Part shown: positions 19,084 to 25,589 of the stretch, piece by piece
Layout of the letters: every line of letters starts with the position of its first letter
How positions within the stretch are numbered: the first letter of the stretch is position 1
NCBI GenBank assembly: GCA_027858215.1
Contig: JAQIDD010000268.1
Span: 1 to 25,589 of the forward strand
Source: Candidatus Delongbacteria bacterium
Lineage (GTDB): Bacteria; Bacteroidota; Bacteroidia; Bacteroidales; ML635J-15
Length of the DNA stretch: 25,589 nucleotides
Direction of reading: 5' to 3'
The notes under the pieces: model-generated
What the model saw: the letters and a program-made list of their open reading frames with translations, nothing else
Databases searched by the model: none
Told to the model about the DNA's origin: nothing
Position numbers and translations under genes: made by a program

Positions 19084-19506
19084 TCACTTTTTTGAAGCAG
19101 ACATCCGGGATTGTCCATTGTATTTTGGTTTATGCCGGCAGGTTTTAATGACAAAACCCATCACAAAGGTTCCAACGATACCCAGGGCTAATACAAGAAA
19201 CATGGGTAAGGTGCTTTTGATAAAAAGAACACAGGACAGGGTGATCATGATCCACATGAGGCTGATTGAATATATTTTCAGCTTGAGTGTCATGCATTTG
19301 TTGCGGTGGTAATTTATAATGTAGGGCCCAAGGAGTTTATTGGTAATGACCATGTTGTACAATTTTGTTGAACTGTGGCTGTACAGGCCGGCGCTGAGCA
19401 ACAAAAATGGAGTGGTGGGTAAGCCGGGGATAAATATTCCCAATGCCCCCAGAAACAATGAAATGCTACCCAGCAATATCAATATGGCTTTTGTAATGCT
19501 TTTCAT
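19084..19506 (-). CDS. YbaN / DUF454 family inner-membrane protein; start re-assigned to ATG 19506
   Basis: LG.LGIFIPGLPTTPFLLLSA motif, LLGPYI, hydrophobic C-terminal hairpin. Confidence 0.85.
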   Translation of the reverse strand: MKSITKAILILLGSISLFLGALGIFIPGLPTTPFLLLSAGLYSHSSTKLYNMVITNKLLGPYIINYHRNKCMTLKLKIYSISLMWIMITLSCVLFIKSTLPMFLVLALGIVGTFVMGFVIKTCRHKPKYNGQSRMSASKK

Positions 19507-19520
19507 AACATCGAAAAGCA

Positions 19521-19528
19521 CAAAATTA
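19521..19528 (-). promoter_or_regulatory. -7 promoter box for the YbaN-family gene
   Basis: Reverse complement TAATTTTG, an exact TAnnTTTG match 14 nt upstream of ATG 19506; supports the re-assigned start. Confidence 0.55.
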
Positions 19529-19568
19529 GTAAAGTATATGATAACAGGTGAGTACAAAGGGATAAAAA

Positions 19569-20267
19569 TTAATGGCCACTGATTTTTTTTCTAATCGGCC
19601 TGAACACGGAGGCATTGCTGATGACCTTTAGTTTTTTAAATCCAAGAAAGTACAACAGGATAACGTACAAAACAAATGTAAACAGCAGATAAGGTATGTC
19701 TGCCATGATGATATAATTGTATGTGCCGTGTAGTATGACAGGAACAAGCCAGGCTTTAAAGAATTTGAAAACACGCTTTCGGCTTGAAAATTTGACTTTA
19801 CTCAGGTAAAAACCCATGGCAATTCCAAAAATAGCATGTGCTGGGACGGCTGTAAGAGCGCGTGTCAGTCCTGTCTGGGTGCCACCATCGATTACATACA
19901 TGATATTTTCCACCAGGGCAAACCCGAGCGAAATGTAAACGGCATAAACAATGGCATCAAACTTTTCCATGAAATAAGACCTGCGCCAGATAAGCAACAT
20001 GAAAGCGAGCAACTTCATGGATTCTTCACACAAGCCTGCCACCAAAAAAGAAACAATGAAAGCATGCTGCCACTGAAAACTGTAATAATATGCTGCTAAA
20101 CCTGACATGGCCTGCTCCCACCATATAACAAAAGGCACAATGACAGCACCACCTGCCAAACTTAGCAAGAGCATCCACAAAGGCCCTTTTTTGTATTTAT
20201 CACGCTGATAAATATAAAACAGGATAAGAATTACCGGAACCGTTGCTATGGCTATAAGTCGGGGCAT
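19569..20267 (-). CDS. PrsW-family glutamic-type intramembrane protease
   Basis: Motifs EESMK (EExxK), GFALVEN (FxxxEN), PAHAIF and HGTYN; N-terminal YIYQRDK; multiple TM segments. Confidence 0.92.
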   Translation of the reverse strand: MPRLIAIATVPVILILFYIYQRDKYKKGPLWMLLLSLAGGAVIVPFVIWWEQAMSGLAAYYYSFQWQHAFIVSFLVAGLCEESMKLLAFMLLIWRRSYFMEKFDAIVYAVYISLGFALVENIMYVIDGGTQTGLTRALTAVPAHAIFGIAMGFYLSKVKFSSRKRVFKFFKAWLVPVILHGTYNYIIMADIPYLLFTFVLYVILLYFLGFKKLKVISNASVFRPIRKKISGH

Positions 20268-20269
20268 AA

Positions 20270-21514
20270 TTATTTAAATTTTATTGCATCGGAAGGGCTG
20301 ATACGGGTTACCAGCATAGATGGCACTATCAGCATTAAAATTGTTACCAGCATTGTTGCGGCGTTCAAAACCAAAAGGTGTAAAACATTCAGGTTGATGG
20401 GAACCATGGAAACATAATACGACTCGGGATCGAGTTTAATAAGCCCAAATTGTTGTTGAAGCAGGCACAGACCGATGCCAAGTAAATTTCCCCACAACAG
20501 GCCCCTGGATATAAGGAATCCAGCATGATACAGGAACACTTTCCGGATGCTGAAATTGGTAGTTCCCATGCTTTTCAGAATGCCAATCATATTTGTGCGC
20601 TCAAGGATGATGATAAGCAAACCGCTGACCATGTTAAACCCAGCTACCACCACCATCAGTATCAGGATTACCCACATGTTGGTATCCTGTAAATTCAGCC
20701 AGTCAAATATCTGCGGGTACTGTGCAGTGATGTTTTTCACGCGCAAACTTTCCAGGTCCGGGGAATAATTATTCCCGACAATGCGCGTCACTGCCATATC
20801 GGTTTCAAACAGATAATCAAAATCATCAATCAGAATTTCAAACCCACTGATCTGATTTTCATCCCAGTTGTTGAGTTTGCGCAGGTGTTTGATGTCAACA
20901 AAAATGAAAACTTTGTCAAGCTCTTCCAGCTGTGTATTATATATACCTGATATCTCAAATTTCCGCATGCGGGGCGGATCCTGGATGAAATACATACGCA
21001 GGTCATCCCCTGTGTTGAGTTTCAACCGCCTGGCAAGGTTTTCAGAAATAAGCACATCATTATATGTAGCACTGTCCGTGATATGAGGTATGTCACCCTC
21101 GGTTAAATACGTTTTGAAAAAAGACCAGTCAAAATCAGTATCCACCCCTTTCAGCATCACGCCTTCAAGGCATGATTCGGTTTTAATGATGCCCGCTTTG
21201 GTAATATATCGCTGAATGTGAGTAACATGATCCAGTTTTCTAACCTCATCCAGCCAATCCTGATTTTCTGTTATCGGTTGGGTTTCATAGGAGCTGCTGC
21301 TGTCATAATTGGTTACCTGGATATGAGAACCAAAGCCACTTACTTTGTTGCTGATTTCCTGTTTGAACCCTGTCAATACAGACACGGCAATGATCATAAC
21401 GATCAGACCAAGCGCAATTCCGGCCACAGCAATATTGACAATAGGGCGGCTGTAATTTTGCTTGTTCTTTTTGCCTTTAAGCAGTCTGCGGGCAATGTAG
21501 AGTTCAGTGTTCAT
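20270..21514 (-). CDS. LolC/E-type (FtsX/MacB-like) ABC transporter permease, probable lipoprotein-releasing system subunit
   Basis: MNTELYIARR, TM1 (IALGLIVMIIAVSVLTGF), large periplasmic domain, ILERTNMIGILKSMG motif, C-terminal P.DAIKF. Confidence 0.9.
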   Translation of the reverse strand: MNTELYIARRLLKGKKNKQNYSRPIVNIAVAGIALGLIVMIIAVSVLTGFKQEISNKVSGFGSHIQVTNYDSSSSYETQPITENQDWLDEVRKLDHVTHIQRYITKAGIIKTESCLEGVMLKGVDTDFDWSFFKTYLTEGDIPHITDSATYNDVLISENLARRLKLNTGDDLRMYFIQDPPRMRKFEISGIYNTQLEELDKVFIFVDIKHLRKLNNWDENQISGFEILIDDFDYLFETDMAVTRIVGNNYSPDLESLRVKNITAQYPQIFDWLNLQDTNMWVILILMVVVAGFNMVSGLLIIILERTNMIGILKSMGTTNFSIRKVFLYHAGFLISRGLLWGNLLGIGLCLLQQQFGLIKLDPESYYVSMVPINLNVLHLLVLNAATMLVTILMLIVPSMLVTRISPSDAIKFK

Positions 21515-21530
21515 GATGCTGACAAAACCA

Positions 21531-21538
21531 CAAATGTA
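21531..21538 (-). promoter_or_regulatory. -7 promoter box for the lolC/E-prsW unit
   Basis: Reverse complement TACATTTG, an exact TAnnTTTG match 16 nt upstream of the ATG. Confidence 0.6.
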
Positions 21539-21642
21539 GCATTAAAACAGGAATTGTAAAAGCGGATGGAATGGATTTTTAAAATTTTTCCTAACTGATA
21601 CCAAGTTGCGTTCAGCTGTGCAATATTTTATTTTAGCAGTGA

Positions 21643-21704
21643 AATTTTGTGCAAATGAGTGCAGAACCAAGCTTGCTTTAGCTATGCCGAATGCAGCCAA
21701 AATT
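21643..21704. repeat. ~60-bp intergenic hairpin element (possible small repeat or ncRNA)
   Basis: aattttg-tgca (21643-21653) pairs with tgca-gc-caaaatt (21692-21704); inner stem gca/tgc encloses the palindrome caagcttg. Confidence 0.55.
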
Positions 21705-21730
21705 ATTCAAACATTTTAATTATGCTACTA

Positions 21731-21808
21731 TCATAGTTCGGGACCCCATGCCTTATGAACTTCAATCGCTAAACCTATTCCCTTATCGGAAATTTCGTTT
21801 TCATTCAT
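21731..21808 (-). pseudogene. Truncated GxxExxY-family (PD-(D/E)XK-type) gene remnant
   Basis: Manual translation MNENEISDKGIGLAIEVHKAWGPEL* matches the recalled GxxExxY N-terminal pattern (M.ENEIS..IIG.AIEVH..LGPGLLESAY). It stops exactly where the signature should be. Too short for the ORF track. Confidence 0.75.
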
Positions 21809-21835
21809 GAGTTCACTCTAAAAAGTTATTGCCTT

Positions 21836-21911
21836 GCCACTAAGACACGAAGACTCAAAGTATCACAAAGTTTAAAATATTACTATTCAGTCCTTTGTGG
21901 GTCTTAGTGGC
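21836..21911. repeat. REP-like palindrome upstream of the GxxExxY remnant
   Basis: Perfect 11-bp inverted repeat gccactaagac (21836-21846) / gtcttagtggc (21901-21911), plus inner cacaaag (21864-21870) / ctttgtg (21893-21899) and iterated aagac/caaag subunits. Confidence 0.8.
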
Positions 21912-22024
21912 TTTGTTGGATTTTTCATTTTTTTTGACTTTTTAGACTGGACTCATTCATAATTTTGCCTTTGCGTATCCTCTGAGTCGTTTGCGGTTAA
22001 ACAGACTGATTAGTTCTTAAAAAA

Positions 22025-22936
22025 CTAATTCAGGCGTTTGTAACTGCCTTCTGTTTTTTGCAGTGTGTATCTCAGGAACAGTTCATATGAGCCATTTTGA
22101 TACGAGCGGATGTCAGAGGTGGCAAAATCAACAGCCAGGCCGAAATCAAATTCCTGAAACCGCATACCAAGCATGGTCACAACATTGCCATCTGTACGGT
22201 ATGAAAAACCAAGCCAGTAATCTTTCATGTAAATACCACGTACATTGATGTCAAACTGGAAAGGCGTTTGAAATGTCCCTTTTACCAGAGCTGAGGGTTC
22301 AATTTCAAAATCATTTTCAAGGTCAAATTTGTATCCGCCCATGAGATGGTAGTGTCGTGCCAGGCGATTCAGTTCCACTTCTTCGCCTCCGATTTTTACG
22401 GGCAGTTCAATCATTTGGTTAGCCGATAAACCGGCAAAATATTTTTCATTGTACAGGTACAAGCCAAAATCAGATTCAGGCAGCCAGCTTGTTTCGGTAC
22501 TGTATTCGTTGATGGCCGGGTCATTTTCATCAACAGCAATCATATCTGTATAATCCAACTGGTACTGGAACAGTTGAAAAGATATGCCGAAACTGAGTTT
22601 GGAATCATCGAAAACAGGTAAAATATAAGAATAGTTTCCCTGGAATCCGATCCTGTTTTCTGTACCAAAACGGTCAGCAAATATCATACCTCCAACACCC
22701 ATTGTGCCGTTGTTTAGCAATGTGTGAGCACTCAGCACCTGTGTAGATGGTGCTCTTTCGATACCTACCCATTGTTGTCTCGCAGTGAGGGATATGGGAA
22801 TGCCTTCAGTATTTCCTGTTACAGCAGGGTTCAACAGCATCCGGTTGAACATATACTGGCTGTACAAAGGCAGTTGTTGAGAAAATACAAAACCTGCAAA
22901 AGCTGTGAAAATCAATAATAGACTTAGTTTTTTCAT
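22025..22936 (-). CDS. PorP/SprF-family type IX secretion system outer-membrane beta-barrel
   Basis: Signal peptide then QQLPLYSQYMFN..LLNPAVTG, RQQWVGI..AP, alternating beta-strands, GSYELFLRY. Lies 20 bp downstream of a type B CTD cargo gene. Confidence 0.93.
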   Translation of the reverse strand: MKKLSLLLIFTAFAGFVFSQQLPLYSQYMFNRMLLNPAVTGNTEGIPISLTARQQWVGIERAPSTQVLSAHTLLNNGTMGVGGMIFADRFGTENRIGFQGNYSYILPVFDDSKLSFGISFQLFQYQLDYTDMIAVDENDPAINEYSTETSWLPESDFGLYLYNEKYFAGLSANQMIELPVKIGGEEVELNRLARHYHLMGGYKFDLENDFEIEPSALVKGTFQTPFQFDINVRGIYMKDYWLGFSYRTDGNVVTMLGMRFQEFDFGLAVDFATSDIRSYQNGSYELFLRYTLQKTEGSYKRLN

Positions 22937-22956
22937 GTCAGATAGTTTTTATTTGA

Positions 22957-25589
22957 TTATCTAATAATAATAATTGTTCCTTTATATTCCAAATTATTGT
23001 TTAAAATTAATACATACACATATGAACCCATAGGCATGTCTTTATCATTATAAGTGCCGTCCCATTGTCTGGAAGGATCCGCATAGGCATCTCCGGTGCC
23101 ATTGAAATAGTACACATCATCGCCCCAGCGGGTAAAAATACTGATTTCCACGTTTGAAAACGCTTCAACCCCACGTATTTTCCATGTGTCATTATACCCG
23201 TCATAATTGGGGGTTAACACATCCGGGATAAGTAAATCTTCAATGGGTGCATCGGTTACAACGATGTTCGTGCTGTCTGTGTCACCACAGGTTTGTTCGA
23301 TTGTATAATATACCTTGTGGCTCCCTGTGCCGGCAACACCTGGATCAAATTCGCTAATGTCTTCATCAATGGCTGTTCCTGTCCATGTGCCACCTGGTTC
23401 GGCAACAGAAATGATTACGGGGTCTTCATCAACATACATTGTGTCCACAGGATAAATAGTAGCGTCTGCCCGTTGGTACACTGTAAAATAAACCGTATCA
23501 GCATCCCCGCACGGGCCACTGTAACTGTAAATAACCTGGTGATCGCCAACACCTGCTTCATCCGGATCAAAAACGCCGGTAGCTGATACGCCATTGCCTT
23601 GCCATGTGCCACCGCTTGTATTAGCCTGTAAAACTGTGGTATCATCATCACTGCAATATTCCGTATCGCTTGTAATTGTTGCATCAAAATTGTCATACAC
23701 CGTAATGATAATCTGATCAGTGGCACCGCATTCTCCGGTAATCTCATAGGTAATTGTATGCTCACCTGTGCCTGCTGCTTCCGGATCAAATAAACCAGTA
23801 GCCGCTTCAACACCTGCACCACTCCATGTTCCACCGGTTTCCGCTGCGGTCAGCACGACCGGAGAAACACTGATACAGAATGAACCTGCGGGATTGATCG
23901 TGGCATCGGATGCTGGTATGATATTTACCGTGACATTCTGACAAATGGATTGTCCGCATGTATTTTCCCAACGGGCATAATAAGTGGTTGTGGTGGTTGG
24001 CTGTGGTATTTCCAGGGGATTGCCTGTTCCTATGTCTGTGCCGCCACATGATTCGGTGTACCAGTGTAATGCATCCCCCGCCCCGTCGGGAACTGAAAGC
24101 TCTATGGTATTTCCGCCATTGGAACACAATTCGTTCATGTTGACAGAAGCATCCGATGGTGGAACCGTAATATCAATGACATTAACCGTATGACTGACAC
24201 AACTGCTTTCACCACAAGCATTTTCCCAGTGGGCATAATACGTGGTTGTGGTTTCCGGGGATGGTAGTGTTAACGGATTGCCACTACCAACGGAAGAGCC
24301 TCCGCAACTGCCGGTAAACCATTGTACGGTTTCGCCGGAACCGCCGGTAATGGACAATTCCATATTCCCACTGTCATCGGCACAAAAATCGTTGATGTCT
24401 GAGGTTGCTGATGTGGGTGCAGCGGGTGGTTCTACAACATTGACGGTTGTGCTTTCACAATCAGATACACCACAACTGTTTTCCCAGCGGGCATAATACG
24501 TGGTCGTTGTTGTTGGAGTTTCAATATTCAACGGATTGCCTGTTCCTATTTCTGTGTCTCCACATGAGCCTGTGTACCAATGGATATCATCACCAGCCCC
24601 TCCTGTGGCACTAAGGTTCATTGTGCCGGCATCATCCATACAAAAATCGCTCATGTCGCTTGAGACAAAAGTGGCGGCTTCGGGTAAACTCAGAATTGTT
24701 AACACAAAATTTTCTTGTGAAACCGTGCATGGAGAGCTTAAAGGATTGTTCGTGGTTATTGTTATGGTAACATTGGTTCCTGCATCGGTGGCGTCGGGGG
24801 TATATGTAAAATCAAACGGGGATGTTGAAATAGTAGTTGCATCCAGCATTCCATTGCCATCATGCGATAAATACACTTCAGTAGCACTTCCGCCAAACGT
24901 GTTGCCACTAACGGTGTATGTTGCTGTTCCGCATGCGTTTCCTGATGTTGAACTGAGCGTTAACGATGTAGAATTTGCACATCCGCAATCAAGGGGTATG
25001 GGATTGCTTTCAGCAGTACATCCTGTGTTTATATTGGATACGGTAACTGTGTAATTCCCGTTAGGCAGGGAAGTGAAGACATTATTAGCCTGAAATCCAC
25101 TGCCAATATCATATTCATAATCTGAACCTGTAGGCACTGTAACTGTAATGCTACCGTTATCTTCCCCTCCTGAACAATCTACATCAACAACCGGGTTATC
25201 AGGTGCCGGATTAACCGTAACATCAACACTGGAAGTGTTTGTACAACCCTCACTGCCTGTTATTGTTACTGTATATGTTCCACTTGCTGCAGTTGTTACA
25301 GTAGTAATGACCGGTTCATGATCTGTGGAGGTAAAGCTATCTGGACCTGACCATGACCAGGAACTAGCATCTCCACCAGTTTCTGTCAGGCTTAAATCTT
25401 CGCCTACGCATAGGGGGGAATTACTTCCTGCATTTGCTGCTGGTGTTGGATTGACCGTTACATCTACATTATCATCCACAGTACAACCGTAACTGTCTGT
25501 TATGGTAACCGAATACAGGCCATCAGCGGCTGTTGTTACCGAGGTTATAGTTGGATTGTTTACATCTGATGTAAATCCGTCTGGGCCTG
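22957..25589 (-). CDS. Large Ig-like-repeat T9SS type B cargo protein, 5'-truncated by the window edge
   Basis: The frame stays open past 25479 to the window end (GPDGFTSDVNNPTITSVTT...). Three TTTTYYAxWENxCG repeats and three GGTWxG...FDP..AG.G.H repeats. Canonical C-terminus IPDVLTPNYDGYNDTW...IFTRWG...WDGTYN...GSYVY...KGTIIIIR. Confidence 0.92.
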   Translation of the reverse strand, partial: GPDGFTSDVNNPTITSVTTAADGLYSVTITDSYGCTVDDNVDVTVNPTPAANAGSNSPLCVGEDLSLTETGGDASSWSWSGPDSFTSTDHEPVITTVTTAASGTYTVTITGSEGCTNTSSVDVTVNPAPDNPVVDVDCSGGEDNGSITVTVPTGSDYEYDIGSGFQANNVFTSLPNGNYTVTVSNINTGCTAESNPIPLDCGCANSTSLTLSSTSGNACGTATYTVSGNTFGGSATEVYLSHDGNGMLDATTISTSPFDFTYTPDATDAGTNVTITITTNNPLSSPCTVSQENFVLTILSLPEAATFVSSDMSDFCMDDAGTMNLSATGGAGDDIHWYTGSCGDTEIGTGNPLNIETPTTTTTYYARWENSCGVSDCESTTVNVVEPPAAPTSATSDINDFCADDSGNMELSITGGSGETVQWFTGSCGGSSVGSGNPLTLPSPETTTTYYAHWENACGESSCVSHTVNVIDITVPPSDASVNMNELCSNGGNTIELSVPDGAGDALHWYTESCGGTDIGTGNPLEIPQPTTTTTYYARWENTCGQSICQNVTVNIIPASDATINPAGSFCISVSPVVLTAAETGGTWSGAGVEAATGLFDPEAAGTGEHTITYEITGECGATDQIIITVYDNFDATITSDTEYCSDDDTTVLQANTSGGTWQGNGVSATGVFDPDEAGVGDHQVIYSYSGPCGDADTVYFTVYQRADATIYPVDTMYVDEDPVIISVAEPGGTWTGTAIDEDISEFDPGVAGTGSHKVYYTIEQTCGDTDSTNIVVTDAPIEDLLIPDVLTPNYDGYNDTWKIRGVEAFSNVEISIFTRWGDDVYYFNGTGDAYADPSRQWDGTYNDKDMPMGSYVYVLILNNNLEYKGTIIIIR

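Noticed and set aside
18813-19312. ORFs 18813-19016, 18855-19154 and 18992-19312, and a tRNA-Cys-like loop (ctgcaag) near 18980
   Set aside because: The ORFs have no recognisable motifs and overlap the hairpin or ybaN. There is no acceptor stem or T-arm for a tRNA, and no SRP or SAM-II core motif.
23270-24660. Recurring nucleotide motifs (e.g. ttccca..gggcataata) as a possible CRISPR array
   Set aside because: They are diverged, in-frame codons of ~80-aa protein repeats, with no repeat-spacer structure and no cas genes.
24500-25054. 184-aa antisense ORF (MVVVVGVSIF...) and neighbouring 60-140-aa ORFs
   Set aside because: Reverse-frame shadows of Thr-rich codon runs in the type B cargo gene.

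Overview
Bacteroidota chromosomal window, probably an environmental Bacteroidales-like T9SS-positive organism (inferred from TAnnTTTG -7 promoter boxes, Gln-after-signal-peptide N-termini and PorP/SprF and type B CTD genes). The + strand carries a ~2,780-aa SprB-repeat/PKD surface protein with a T9SS type B C-terminal domain, the methylmalonyl-CoA mutase small and large subunits, and a VOC-family gene. The - strand, read right to left, carries a partial large Ig-repeat type B cargo with its PorP/SprF partner, a ~460-bp intergenic patch (GxxExxY gene remnant, flanking palindrome, second hairpin element), a LolC/E-type permease, PrsW, YbaN/DUF454, a ~150-200-nt rod-like hairpin, a DEAD-box helicase, two tandem FISUMP proteins and a CDF metal transporter. 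No rRNA, tRNA, CRISPR array, integrase or reverse transcriptase was seen. The best candidates for undescribed biology are the tandem FISUMP genes (a T9SS type A-like sorting domain near the N-terminus rather than the C-terminus, a near-identical 78-bp leader and divergent C-terminal tips), the palindrome-flanked GxxExxY remnant and the candidate structured RNA. All family calls come from motif recognition by eye; no database searches were run.
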